NCBI RefSeq assembly: GCF_009914755.1
Contig: NC_060930.1
Strand: one strand, 5' to 3'
DNA: 64,000 bases
Source: the human T2T-CHM13v2.0 reference genome, Homo sapiens
In this document: positions 14,510 to 29,412 of the stretch, in pieces
Layout: every line of letters begins with the position of its first letter
How positions within the stretch are numbered: the first letter of the stretch is position 1
Notes under the pieces: generated by a model
Told to the model about the DNA's origin: nothing
What the model saw: the letters and a program-made list of their open reading frames with translations, nothing else
The model's database searches: none
Position numbers and translations under genes: made by a program

Positions 14510-17489
14510 CGTCAAGGAAACAAAATGTTTATTTAAAAAAATGAGATCAATATCATTTTAATGTAGAAGATGCCATCTTTATTTACAGGCTAATAAAAAA
14601 ATATTAAACTCAACTAGATATAATACATTATCATAAATGCAATAGATTTGAGGCCAACCATAAGTGTAAGACTGGATTGATGGAATAGGGATTACATAAT
14701 CAGGATGTCAAATACTGTGCATCTTACACATGAATCACATGAAACCTTTTTGTTTCTAAACATGAAAACAGCATAAGTCCACTGCAGTGGGGAAAAAAAC
14801 AGCACCACAGACAAGCTGTGCTAACTTTCGATAGCTGTTGACTTGTAATTATCAAGACTCACAAAATTTTCGTCTTTCTCAAATTTATTTTAACAATAGT
14901 CTCACCACCAAAATGTTGCTTTTCCATCATATTCATAACAGAGATACTGTAGAAGAGAATTTTAGAGGTTAAGTGTAAATATATACACGCACACATACAA
15001 CCCTCACATTTTATTAAAACGTTTTCTCAACCATTCTGTTTGTGTATACATGTGTGTATTTCTCCTTCTGTCCCCTTCTCGATGAAATGGCTTTGCAACA
15101 GTTCCCTCCTTACTTGTTTGGTTTTGTCCTAGAAGTTTCAGGGACATATGAATTTCTTTCCTATAAATGTGAAAATATTAAAATTGGTTCTCAGTCCTTT
15201 GGAACTAATAACTAATTCTTAGTTCATCCCCAAAAACCATACATTCTAAAATGAACTTTTAACTAGTTACTTTCTAACACCGGACAGGAAGCTCACAGTA
15301 GCATCTGAGCAACGGTGCTCTCCCGTAGGCTTATAAACCACAGTGAAGCAGGAATGAAAAGGAAACTGACCTGTGGAGTTTTAAACTACCTGGAAACTTT
15401 TCATTCTATTTATCAGTCCTTAAAAGGAATTTATATCATGACAATCTCACACAATTCTTCAAATTACACAGTGACCTCATAAAAATTCCAACTTGAAGTT
15501 TTAAAAAACCACCTCTTCATACACTTATTCGGTAGTTCTTGAAAATCAAAGGGTTATAGCTTACATTTCCTAAGGATTCAGTCATAGCAGATAAAGGATG
15601 TTCTCTGAAAAAAATGCCATGGCCATTCCATCCCAGGCTGTGTTTTAAGAAGATAAGAATAACATGGTTTCATGTCACAGCAAAAAGGTTTTCGGGTCTG
15701 CTACAATGGACAATTTTTTTGACTAAATAAATACGGTGGCTAAAATCCAGTTTGCAGATCTCATGTCATGCATGGAAGGTATGTGTTTGGCATAGGGGAT
15801 TCATAAAGAAAAAACAAGTTGTTTTTTTTCTTTTAAGAGGCCTACCCTGTCAAGAGCAAACAATAACATGTAACTTGCTTATTCATTTGTACAATTAAAT
15901 ACTAGCTTTTGCTCAGAGACAATGCTATAAAGTATTTTAATGTCAGTAACAATATACACTACGAAGTGCACTTCCATTACAAATTAACATGGTGATATAC
16001 AGATGAACACCACCACCCAAAACAAACCATAAATGAGCAACAGTTAAAACATTAAATTTATAAATAGCAAAACCACAAAATAAAGTATATACATTTTATA
16101 GATTTACCCTTGAACAAATATATAGTGTATCTGGGAAAGCCAAAAAAAATGTGTTTTATCACATAACATCTGAATACCAGAAATGAAGATACTGATAATA
16201 TTCTAAAAGCCTTGTAGGCTTTCTCCCACTTAATATTCCTTTAACTGTACGTCCTTTAAAACAGTGATATTAGCAAAGCTATCACCTCTTTAATGCAATG
16301 TTGTGACTTTGCCTAGCAGGTTACAATGACCTGCAGAATATTAAATCAGAGAGGAGGCACTCCATGTTTAATCATGGGACAACAGACCTAACAAATTTAT
16401 AAACCTGCATATGAAGAGAGCTTTAGTCAAACATAAACTGACATGAAAACCCAACCAAAACAATTACTGTATCAAAATGTCTTTATCTCATCTTGCCCAC
16501 CTTTTAGATGACTGGAAATCATTTACTTAGAAAGAAAACTGCCGTTTGATTTGAATGTACTGTGTTTCATGACATAGTAATAAATCTGAACTTTTACTAC
16601 CAGAAAAATTTGTCTTTAAGTGCCAGGACTATCACAAGACAAACTTTATGAACAACTCAAAATGTATAAAACTGTCTTTTGTGGACCCCAGAAAACAAGC
16701 ATTTGAGGCTCAACATGAATGGGTAAATGCTCCAGTACTGCGCACACAGATCAACATAATTGAGAACAGATGTTTTACACTCATCTGCATTTCTTTTAAA
16801 AAACAAAAAAAGTAAAATGTTTAGTAACTTTTGAGAATCTATTTCTAGTGCAGCATTGATTGATAAAAGACTGCTTAAAGAAAACTATTTTGTACTGCAT
16901 TGAATAAAGCTGAAATGCAAACTCATTACAATAAATGATCATTAATAATTGGTTTAGATTTTAGGATGCACAATAAATTTTTTTAAGTCTAAAGCCTTTC
17001 AGTTACAAAAATTAAGTCAAGCCTATATTTCTACAATTCATTGAGTCAAGCTCTGTCTTCTGAAATACCACAGTTAACATTCTAGAATATAAAATATGAA
17101 TTCACTTACTCTCTGTATTTTAAAGGGTACTCCTTATAAAATTCCAGTTAGCACTGTCCTCCTACTAAAGGGAAAAGGAACCAAGTAAAACAGTAGGGTT
17201 TCATTTGGTACTTAAGAGCCCAGTAATACCCCTTTGGGAAACACATGCTTTGGTGCTTACAAGTTCAAGAAAATCAAAATTGCTTTACATGCAATAGCTA
17301 ATTATGGTCTACCACAGAAAACAGGGTGTTTTATGCATTGAGAATTGTTCACATGAAGCCCTGAGGTACCCGCCTTTCATTTAGGCAACAAACAGCCTCC
17401 CCTGATTTTGTAGTCTTTGTCACCATCTTCCCCAGTGCCCCAAATTCAGAATAGTCTGATTAACAATCTTGTCTGGAGATATGGTCAAT
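14510..17489 (-). other. GOPC: GOPC 3' UTR (~3 kb)
   Basis: AT-rich block without obvious interspersed repeats from the stop codon to minus-strand AATAAA signals; end approximate. Confidence 0.8.
14528..14533 (-). terminator. GOPC distal polyA signal
   Basis: TTTATT on + (AATAAA on -), a second copy at 14578-14583, and a U/GU-rich downstream element on -. Confidence 0.7.
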
Positions 17490-17620
17490 TTAATAAGATT
17501 TTTTATGATACAGAGTGTGCAGATCATCTAATTTTGAAGCACCGTCATCTAGCGGAGTTTCACTTGCAGTGCCCAGGTCTCCATTTTCATGTGTGTCAGT
17601 TACTGCCTTCTTATTAAATC
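17490..17620 (-). CDS. GOPC: GOPC exon 9 coding part (GFNKKAVTD...YHKKSY*)
   Basis: Polypyrimidine tract plus ttcAG; 131 nt to TAA. Exons 1-9 total 1389 nt = 462 aa + stop. Confidence 0.96.
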
Positions 17621-17675
17621 CTGAAAGAAAGGAGAAAAAAAAAGCAGACACTTTCTGGTTTAAAAAGTTGGTTTT

Positions 17676-17985
<310 letters not shown>

Positions 17986-18206
17986 GTTAGTTGTATAAGT
18001 TTATTGAGTGAAAAACAAAGGAATGCCCAAGTAATTAACATTAGTAATCTGAGGCAAAAATAATGCCTTATATTAATCAAATCAGTAATTCCTAACAGGG
18101 GAATTCTTCCCTCTTATGGCAGGTATCAAATATTGTACAGATTTAAAAATACTATATTGGGCTTATGTAAAAATTGTATTAAGTTTCCTATCAAGTTTTC
18201 CTTTCC

Positions 18207-18503
18207 TTTTTTTTTTTTCTTTTTTTTTTCTGAGACAGGGTCTCACTCTATTGCCCAGGCTGGATTGCAGTGGCATGATTACGGCTCACTGCTGCCTTGA
18301 CCTCCTAGGCTCAAGCAATCCTTCCACCTCAGCCTCCTGAGTAGCTGGAGCTACAAGCATGTGCCACCATGTCCAGCTATATTTTAAAAATTTTTTTGAA
18401 GAGACAGGGTTCACTATGTTGCCCAGGTTGGTAACTCCTGGCCTCAAGCGATCCTCCTGCCTTGGCCTCCCAAAGTGCTTGAATTACAGGCATGAGCCAC
18501 CAT
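18207..18503 (-). mobile_element. AluJ SINE in GOPC intron 8
   Basis: T-tail, J-type 'gacctcctaggctcaagcaatcc'. Confidence 0.9.
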
Positions 18504-19185
18504 CAAGCTGTCTGTAAGACTTAGAAGTAATACATATAATTGTAAAATTCAGTCAATTCTACTTATATAAATATCTACTGAACTGTGAATTATATTTTTA
18601 TTTTTCATTGTTGCTTTCATATTACATTAACTTCAGTTAACTGAGGCATATACTAGTTAATTGCTTAAAATGTAATTTGTTGGCAAGATGATGTCTAGCT
18701 AAAACTTAAAACGAATTCTGATCATCTATAAAATAAATAATAGGCTTATAAATAAATAAGTGTTGACTATATCACCTATTTAGGTGATATATATATCTAT
18801 AAAGTATAGACGTGTGAAACAATAACCAATAGATACATTTTTTTAAGTGAGTCAGTTAAAAGATATATACACACAAATTTTTAGTTGAGTCACATTTTAA
18901 GTGTCTGCAATTTGCATATGTGACAGAGAAGACTTCTAGCCTCAGTTACAAAAAAAAGGAAGAGACAGGCTTTCTAATCCCGACAGAAAACAGCAAGTGT
19001 GAAATACAATGAAACCATATGGAGAGCAGCCTAACAATTAAGGTTTTGACATACTGCCACAATAGTTTTGCTCAAGATGCACAGTGAAAACAGTAACTGC
19101 TACTGCTATCTTTGTGCAGACAGTTTACAACACACAAGTTTATCAAAAGTGCAACAGTTTATCAGTTCACCATAAAACTCCATGC

Positions 19186-20568
19186 CAGGAGTTCAACATT
19201 TTGGTCTCAGGAGGCCTTTATACTAAGCATTGAGGACTCCAAGAAGCTTCTGTTTATGTGGATTATAGCTACTGATGTTTCCCATATTAGTAGGTAAAAC
19301 TGAAAAATCTAAAAAAAAATTCATTTCTTTGTTAAAAATGACAATAAATCCAGAAGGTTAATATAAATAACATTTGTCTAATGACAAATAACTCTATGTT
19401 CCAAACAAAAAAATTCTAGTTAGAAGAGTAGCATTATTTTACAATTTTACAAATCTCTTCAATGGCTTTGTAGATGATAGCTGTATTTTCATATATCTGC
19501 TTCCATTCAATCTATTACAAGTATATGAAGAAAGTTCAGCCTCACACAGATATGTAGTTGCTAAATGGAAGAGTATTTTAACAGCCTTTTCAGATAACTG
19601 TCAGTATTGTTCTCTGATATTATACAAAAATTTGACAATGTGGAATTTGAAACCTTATCAGTGAACTTTTCACACTCTGTTATATTAAAATCCATTTGCC
19701 TATCTTGCATTTTGAATGGATCTTTTCCCATGCAAAATTTTATAACTTCATTTACTGGTGATTTGAAAAATATTGGACCATGAAGTTATGTAGCAATTCC
19801 AAAAGTTGACACATTTCACTTTACTGTATCAAAAAATCACATTCATTAATATCATCATCAATCTCATCAGAAAAGCTTAAGTGTTAGGAAGCTGTCAAGC
19901 TCATGGTGATCAACGTATGTTTTACAAAGTTCTAACTTTCACTTGAGAGCTCACATTTTATCACTGGCAATAAATATTATCAGTTGTCTTTCCTGAAGTG
20001 ATGGACTTTGTTCATTTTTAAGAAAATGGCTTCCAAATAGTCCGAAAATCCATACTTTGTTAGTCATTCATTCAAGTAAAAATTGTCTTCCATGAAGAAA
20101 AATGGCTAGTTCAGTCACTTATGTACTTTCCCTTGAAACCAGCATCTTTGTTCAGTGTGCAGAGTAAGTGCTTTATGCATACTTCCCATCTCATCACAAA
20201 GAATATTAAAAAGACAGGTACTCAAAGGTCAATATTTAAAAATTAACTGTTACTGCCATTTCATCAAAGATATTTTTAAGCAAAATTGGTATCTTCTTCT
20301 TTTACTATGAATGGATGGCAAGGAAGAAAACAATGATTACTAGTACAGTTACTAGTATTAGCAACACTGCCTTGATTAGTGCTAAGGCACCAGCAGTTTT
20401 ACCCCAATTGCTTTTGCATCAACCAGATACCATCAGTGCAAATATCAACATAGCAAAAAAAGACAAATGATGTCTTAGTATTATTATGAAAAGCTTTGAC
20501 CTCATGAACTCTGCTAAAATATCTCAGAGACCCTCAGAGATCCACAGATCACAATTTGAGGACCACTG
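19186..20568 (-). mobile_element. Charlie1a-like hAT DNA transposon (~1.4 kb)
   Basis: CAG...CTG termini, Charlie1 end sequence, 8-bp flanks ctccatgc/ctctatgt resembling an hAT TSD. Confidence 0.75.
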
Positions 20569-21089
20569 CTCTATGTAAAAGGAAGTGCTAGAGTTTTTCC
20601 TTAAAATATGTCTAAATGATAGCAAAGGAACTAAACCAAACATCCCCAAGATAATATAAGTTGATTCTAATAGCAATCATAAGGTGACAGTATACTTCAT
20701 ACTTATTCATAATTAGCTTAAAATTCATTGTGAGAGATGAATTTGCATCAAGACAGACAGACAATGTAGTCTACAAGATAGATCTACTCAAAATAGTATA
20801 TTGGTCTTTGTTTCAGAGTCTAGAAAAAATTTTATTTATTTTTCAAGGATCACTTGCAGTAGAGTAACTGGTAATGTACTTGTCTTAACAGTCCAAGATG
20901 AATATAGAAGAACATATATGGTAAATAAACTGTTAGCATAGTATACAATAAAACAATAAACAAGGGAAAGCTCTTCATTCCTTTGATTTCCTCACAAAAC
21001 AGTTTTACTGAAGAAATTCTGAGGCCTTCACATTTTAAACATTTAATAATAATGAATATGTTAATAATAATTTTTAGAGTGATTTTTAC

Positions 21090-21270
21090 CTTGTAATACT
21101 TTGATTTCCCCACTTGTGTCTTTGCAACTAGCACCAGGGTTACCACCTCCTTCTAACTCATCAAGGTACAAACGGTAACGATGTCCACTCTCATCTTCAT
21201 ACTCTACGTTTTCATCATCAGAATCCACTTCAGGAGCCACATAAACTACTTCAAATTCAATCTCTCCTCT
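21090..21270 (-). CDS. GOPC: GOPC exon 8 (PDZ end and acidic region, [10 protein letters not shown]...KVLQ)
   Basis: Acceptor tttAG, donor CAAG|GTAAAA; 181 nt, phase 0-1. Confidence 0.95.
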
Positions 21271-21657
21271 CTAAAACAGGAAATGAAAATGAGAAAGTCA
21301 AGTTATTGTAATTGTAATTTAAAAAGGATTTCCAAATTCTTTGTGGGAAGGCTTAGGGGTAGAGAGATCTAAGAGATAGCTGATTTCCAGAAAATAAATA
21401 ATAAAATTCTAGAATCTAAAGAGGTAGTGAGGCCATCATGTCTGATCAGCCTCGTGAATCCTCTCTACAGTTCCTTTAAACATTATAGTAGCTCTTTCTA
21501 CTGACCATAGTCTTTTTGCTAATAGATCTAAAATTTAAGAGGATGCTTAATTATTAAATTTATAGAATTTTGGAACAAGTATTCAGTTTTAAAGTTATTT
21601 GCTACTTTGTACTGCACACAGCAATTCAGCAAATACATCTAAATAGTCAGATATTAA

Positions 21658-21792
21658 ATAAGGATATCATACAAACCTTTCCTTAACTAATTCAAGAAAC
21701 CCCTAGAAAATGATTTTTGTACACTGCCATAAGGACATCATATAAATCTTTTCTTAACTAATTCAAGAAACTCCTACAAAATGATTTTTTGT
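21658..21792. repeat. Tandem duplication, 71-bp period, ~2 copies
   Basis: ataaggaYatcataYaaa...cttaactaattcaagaaac...aaaatgattttt starts at 21658 and 21729. Confidence 0.85.
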
Positions 21793-22137
21793 TTCTTATT
21801 CAATAGGTCTTGAGTAAGAACTTACACTGAGTACCAGACACAGACATAGTGTTAATCAAGGTATTCTGTCTCGTACTAATAGTAATTACTATATTTATAT
21901 ATTTACTATAAATTATAGCCTTCAATCCCCAGAATAATCCTATTATAGTCTCTTTTACATGAACGAGAAAGCTGAGTGAGTCCTGCAGAAAGCAGATAAC
22001 TTTCCCTACATAATGAACAAGAATAAAGAAAAACAAAAGTTTGACTCTGAAGTCCTTAATCTTTATATTATGCTAGACTAACTGTGTAATATTTGTACTG
22101 TCATTCTTTAACAATGAAACATTCAAGTAAAAAGTTA

Positions 22138-22450
<313 letters not shown>

Positions 22451-23807
22451 TGTTACAGATCGTTTTATGTTAAAAGAAAAATTTCCAAGCTATAATTGTC
22501 ATTTAATAAGAGACTCCAACCACTACATATAAGTGTGGTGTTGGCAATTCTGAAAACTATGGCTTGCCTTTGCTCAAAAGAAAACACGGCATTTTTGACT
22601 GCTACTCACTAAGTTAGTCTCTTTGGTGCTCTTCTTTCCCAGCAGTTTAAGGTTATACCTCAGAATTTTAATATGTGCTTAGTTAGCATTTCCTTAAAAC
22701 TTATGGCTGCCCATTGATAGCTCCTTCACCAGTTATCCCACTCTTTTGCTACTGGATGACAGTCAAGATGGATTGATAAAACACTAACTTAAGAGAATAG
22801 CGTAGCATTCTTAGATCTCTCTTGTCAGCTAATGCTTTAAAAATACCATTTTGCAGAAAGAGACAGATGATGCAGTGGTCTTCAGCAAAGTTTTAGATGA
22901 CAGAATTAGATCTGTGAGTAGCTGTCATGGAGACACAGATTTCAGGCTTAATATGAGAAAAAGCTTTCTAAAAATCAGTACTGTATTACAATGGAATGGA
23001 CTGGTTGATATCAGCAAGTCTTCCCTGTAATGTAATTATTGAAGTAGTGATGTTGCAAAGATTTATGCATCATATAGAATTGAACCAATGAACAATATTC
23101 ACTTTCAACTCTGAGATGCAATTCTACAGAGGCATACCACACTGATAATCCAAGAAACATCTCAATGTACTACCAATGCCTCTAATTCCCTCAACTCTAT
23201 TCTTGAAAGAAATAAAATAAAACAACATTTTAAGTACAACTGTATGACAAATATGACTCCTGAGTATGAATCTCAATTCTATAATTTATTTGCTTGGCAA
23301 CTTTGAGTAAATCCTTTCATCTCTAAGAACTTTAGTTTACTCATTTTAAGAGAGTTGGGCTAGATAGTTTCTATGTGTGATTTCAATTTTAATATTCCAT
23401 GACTAAAATCAATCTACTTCTAGCACTGTCTTTTCTGTAATACCTTATATATAGTGTTCTAGGCATTAAGGATGTTGTTTTTTCAGTCTCAGGTCCTGTT
23501 CTGAGTACTTTATATGTATTAACATACTTAATCCTCACAGCTTTCTTTCAATCCCTCCCACACAGGTGAGGACACTGAGGGACAGAGGACTTAAGTAACT
23601 TGCTCAAAGTTATGAAGTAAACAAAATGGAATGGTCCATTTTCAGTAAATCTGACTGAATGTCAGCTATAAAAGCATTAAATCAAAGGAAACAAGAACTA
23701 TGTGTAAACACTTTACTACTTTAGAAACTTCGTAGGGAAGTATACAGTGTTCAATAGATTCATAACCAATTGATAGATCCAGTTCTAATTACATGAAGGG
23801 AATTTAC

Positions 23808-23972
23808 CTGCTGAGAAAGAATAGTTACAGCTTCTTTATGCTTTGTGTCCCTTAGGTTAACTCCGTTGACTGCCAAAATAGCATCCCCAACGTGCAGCCC
23901 TCCGCATCTATCAGCAGGTTGCCCCGGATGGATCTCAGAGATGAGGATTGGAACACCATGTTCTTTCCCACC
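23808..23972 (-). CDS. GOPC: GOPC exon 7 (PDZ core, [10 protein letters not shown]...ILSQQ)
   Basis: Acceptor gttAG, donor CAG|GTAAAT; 165 nt; PDZ signature [13 protein letters not shown]. Confidence 0.97.
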
Positions 23973-24095
23973 CTAACAACAACAAAGGGCAGTAAATTAA
24001 AGTACTCTTTGTAAGGTACAGTTACCGATTAATCTAGAGATAAAATATTTTCTTAAAAATATATTTCATTAAACACCTATGCTGTCTCTATAAAT
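23856..24095 (+). other. DCBLD1: Alternative DCBLD1 terminal exon antisense to GOPC exon 7
   Basis: cttctttatgctttgtgtcccttAG|GT TAA: phase-1 entry gives Gly-stop; ATTAAA at 24068-24073. Agrees with my unverified recollection of a short DCBLD1 isoform lacking the tail. Confidence 0.7.
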
Positions 24096-25095
24096 GCTGG
24101 GTAAAATTTTATTTGCTACTTAAGTAATGGTAAAAATTATCAGAGTATTGAACAGAAATTGGCTAAATTCTTAAATTAAAAAAAACTTATGTGTTAGTAC
24201 TCCATAGCACCATTACATTTTATCAAGTCTAAATCACTACGAATGACAAGACCAATTATTTTAGGTGCCACAAAAATAATTTTAAGATTATAAGATAAAT
24301 TTCAATTTCAGAGAAGTTAAAATATGAAAATATATGCAATGTAGAATTGAAAAAATGCAGTATTTGGTACCTATCACTCTCTAGCTTATATCATTGTTGC
24401 GTGTGTGTAGGGGTGTGTGTGTGTGTCTTATTTGTCCTGCTAAAATGTATGCTCTTTGAAGGCAGCACATAAAAAAAAAAAAGGTAAGTATTCAAGAAAT
24501 ATAGATTAGATGAGCTTTTTATTATAAGAAACATTTCTACATTAAGCAATACTAAAAAAACAAATGATCTTGCTCAGTGCCTAAGTATTACCAAATGAAA
24601 ATTAAAGCCACCTTATTCATTAAAGCACTGAGATGACAACAAAATGACTCCTAAAGGCATCGAATTTAAAAAAAAGAATATATAACATTTGGACCCAAGA
24701 GCCAGTGAAATCTGACAGCTAATAAATGAGGCAAGAGAAAGATACACGTACTCCGAGAGAGAACAATACAATCTGAAGCCATTTAACATAGAAGAAAACA
24801 GCCACGTCTATTCCCAAGGGCTCCTAGAGGCATCACAGTATATGGCACAGAACTATTAAGTGAATCATAATAAAAATGTTAAACTATGCTTACTAAAGGT
24901 ACACTTAATAGTTGCTAGGAATATTTATTTCTTAAAAAAATATTTACACAAAAGCAAACATTTATCCCCATGGGGATAAATTTTAGTTATTTAAAAAATA
25001 TATCCAGAATATTCTGTTCCCCAGTGATGTCCAACAAAGGAGCATGATTATACTAGATAACTGTAGAAAATGATACTGGAAGTACTACTTCTTAC

Positions 25096-25191
25096 TGTAA
25101 TTGAAATGCCAAGGCCTTCATGATCTTCCTTAAGGAGGAGAACTTTTCTAATTGGACCAACACCTTGGCTTTTCTTTAGGGAATCTTGATC
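25096..25191 (-). CDS. GOPC: GOPC exon 6 (start of PDZ, DQDSLKK...EGLGISIT)
   Basis: Acceptor aataAG, donor ACA|GTAAGA; 96 nt; GLGI carboxylate-binding loop. Confidence 0.96.
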
Positions 25192-26049
25192 CTTATTGGG
25201 AGGAAAAAAGAAGAAAAAGTAGTATCATTTAAATAGCATACCAAATAGAGTAAACTCATACTATATAACTTGCTTTTAGAAATCTGTATTAACTTCCTGG
25301 AATGGATAAACAGTATAGGGTTAAGAAAGTAACAGATAAAATGGAAAAATGAAAATAGCTATTCTGTTGATGCAAAATTTATAGATGATATTCTCACCCT
25401 TTTGCCAATAATGTTTAAAATATTGATACATCTCTTTTTAAATTGTAGGGCATTATAAAAGAAATGATTTCCAGGAATTAATTGAGGAACAAATATCCTC
25501 AAAAAATAAAAGTGTCTATCTTCACTGGATATCTTTAAGATATACATTCATTTTAGCTGAGTTGTAGAGTTGAAAAACAAATTTCCAATTGGACCATTAA
25601 TTACTTATACATTCCTTGGTGCTCTGGAGTCTACCTCTTAAATAAAGGGCCTTGATCCACTAATAATCTTTTCTCTGGTACCCTTACTCTTTCTGTCTCT
25701 ACTAAGCTGTTTTCCTACTCAGCAGATAAATGAATCACAAGCCTCTTCCAGTTTTAAAATACTGATCATGTGCAAATGCAAAACAAAACAAAAAACCTTT
25801 CAATCCTTCACTATCTTCCTTAGCAACTACCATCCTCCCCCTTTCCTTAACCTCTACACGAAGTTCATCCTCATCATATCTACTTCCTTGCCACTCACAT
25901 TCAGTCCTCTGGTCTCTGTAATTAGAGTTTTGCCCCTACATGCACAACTGGAATTTTCTTTTCTGTGGTCACCAGTAATCAATATTGTTACACACAATTA
26001 ACACTTTTTGTCACTATCCTACTTCAAACTTGCAGAAAGTTGATACTGT

Positions 26050-26830
26050 TCATCAACCCCTCCTTGAAACCCACTCTCTCTGTTAGTTTTTATTACACTA
26101 CTTTCCTAGATGGCCTGTATCTGACAGCTCCATCCCAGGCTCCTTCCTTTAGTGATCCTTTTCCTTCTCCCACTCCGTAAGTTTCTATCCTTGGCCTCCT
26201 ATTCTTTTTACTACATATATACTTTATATATACATATATACTTGGAACAGGCTTAATGAGTTCCAAGGTTTCAAGTATAATAGAAGGATAGTTTCCCTAA
26301 TATTTCTTCAAAACAGATTTCTCTTCTGAAATCCAGAGTCATATGTCCAGTTGGATGTATCTTGGATACCCCATTGTCACCTCAAACACTACTTGTCTAA
26401 AACTGATCTCATCATCTTTTCCCCAAATCCTTCCTTTTCTTCTATTTCCCTTCCCAGTGAATGCCAGATCTCACTCAGTTGCTCAAACTAAAAGCCCAGA
26501 CTCTTCTTTTTCACTATTTAACCAAAAGCAGTTAGTCACCAATCAAGCCCTCCTGATTATAATCCTCTCAAATCTATCCTTCTTCTCAAATGCCACTTCT
26601 CCTGACCTCATCACTTTCTCCTTGGATGACCATAGTATCTTTCTAATATATCTCCTTGACTCCAACTTGGTCCTCTTCACTATACCAAAATAACTATTAA
26701 AAAATGTAAATTTTATGAAGTCTGCCATTTTATTTAAAACTTCCATGATTATCAGGTTAAAGTTAAAATTCCTCTATTTAGTATAAAATAATTTCTATAA
26801 TCCAGCCACTACCTAAAACCCCAACCTCAT
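26050..26830. mobile_element. L2 LINE remnant
   Basis: Pyrimidine-rich 'ctcaaacactacttgtctaaaactgatctcatcatctttt' typical of the L2 3' region. Confidence 0.5.
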
Positions 26831-27702
26831 ATTTAGCTAATTTAACAAGCATGCTTTTATCACTCAGACACATCTGATACAAACTACTTTGTCTTCCTCC
26901 TAACCGCTCCATTTCCCAAATCTACTGGACCTAGAAGTTAATGGGAACCACCAGTGTCCTAGAAAACAATGGCATAAGTGCTTATCGCTATCCCCACTTC
27001 TCTTCCACCAACTCTATTTACATACCAATTCTTCTTACAAAAATCTTTGCAGAGCCAACAAACTATTTTACTATTTAAGGCCATACATTATCTGGTACTA
27101 AGATATGTGAACCCTTGGGAGACATGCTTTCATATATTAAGGTCTATATTATCAAGCAGCTGTTATGATAAAATTCAATAAAGATTTATCCAGATAGAAG
27201 CTTTTATATAATGGTGGCTACAGAAGCAGACAACTGGCTACAGATCTCAAATTCTATCTTAATCCAAGACCAAACAGGTGTAAATGTTAGTTCAGAATCT
27301 ACATTTGGATTCAGTTACTAAAAGTTCCCTTAAAGAACTACCCCAAAATATCTGCCAAATTATCAATATGACCACACACTCTAAGCTAAGATTAAAACAA
27401 ATTCAAGCATGCCCAATCATGATCCAGGAAAAACTGGAAATATGATCCAACATTATAGCAATATGCATTTGCTAACAATGGCTCACTGTCTGCAGCACTC
27501 TCAGGGCATTAGTAAGTCTGTGAAGAGCTACTAAAATTTCTATGGGTGTTGAAACTTCATCTACTTTGAATAAGTTGAATCCCATTTTCACTTTTAAATA
27601 AAGGTTTCAAACAATACTAGAATAAAGGAAAGAATGGAAAGCAACTGTGATTAAAGAAAGAAAGAAGAGGCTGGGTGGGAAGCAGCAGCAAAGCAAACAT
27701 AC

Positions 27703-27868
27703 ATGGCCTGGTGGTGCTTGCATTGGTCGTTTCAAGTCATTACGTCCTCTGCAGGCTCGGATCACAGTTTTGTGACGATGCAAATGTATTTCAGCTTCTA
27801 ATTGGTTCCAAAGCTTATCATGAGCAGGTCCCTTCATATCTCGTCCTAGCAATTGTATCTGTTGGACC
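27703..27868 (-). CDS. GOPC: GOPC exon 5 ([10 protein letters not shown]...QAPPGH)
   Basis: Acceptor atgaAG, donor CAT|GTATGT; 166 nt, phase 2-0; overlaps ORF 27607..27852. Confidence 0.95.
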
Positions 27869-28309
27869 CTTCATATTGGGAAAAGAGTACATTGATTTTT
27901 CATTATATTCACTACAGTGAGAATTCAGGAAAATTAGTGAACATAAGTAGCTTTTGCATGAATCTCAAATTAGTGATAAAACTAATACTCACGAACTTCT
28001 TGATGTCTCTCAGATATAAAAAAAATATGAAAACTCTGAAAAGAACAGGTATCCTCAAGGGAAAAACCAGTAAAAAAAATTTTTAAAGGAATTAATGTGA
28101 ACTCCTTTAGTCATATACTTAATTCAAATAAATCTAAAAAAAAATTTATGAGATTAATGTCAATCTATGTCTTGCATGCAAAGTCACTGAACTCAGATAC
28201 TATTAAATGTTAGCTTTTAGATGAGATAAATGGACAAAAATATTTCTTCTAATTAGAGTTTCTTTTCACAAAATGATTACTTTAAATGTGGTTAAAAGTT
28301 ACTAGAACC

Positions 28310-28617
<308 letters not shown>

Positions 28618-29034
28618 TCACCAAAGTTTGTTAATAATTTACTTAATAAATACAGCAGAATTCTGTGTATGATTATGATAAAATCATTGTCATTAACTAA
28701 ATACCAACACGTTTTTTTGAAGGGCAAGAAAGACTGGGTTTCAGTGATCATAAAAAGAATTCCTTATGGAAGTTCTGCTATGCATGTGAATATCGGCTGT
28801 ACTGGTCTCAAGGCACAAAATAGTTGAAAAGTGCTGCTCTACAGAGTTGTTAGCATTTCACAGTAAGATACTATCAGTGTTTGTGTGTGTAAACTAAACA
28901 TATTTAGTATGGATAACTAGATCTGCGATACATAATGCTGTCAGTATTAATTTAACAACAGTAAGTTAAAACCAACTGTAAAATAATTCTGAGGAAAAAG
29001 ATTAATGCTTCATTTACCATAAGAAAAAAGAGTA

Positions 29035-29379
<345 letters not shown>

Positions 29380-29412
29380 TTAAGAGTACAATAATACCCA
29401 TTTTTTACACAC

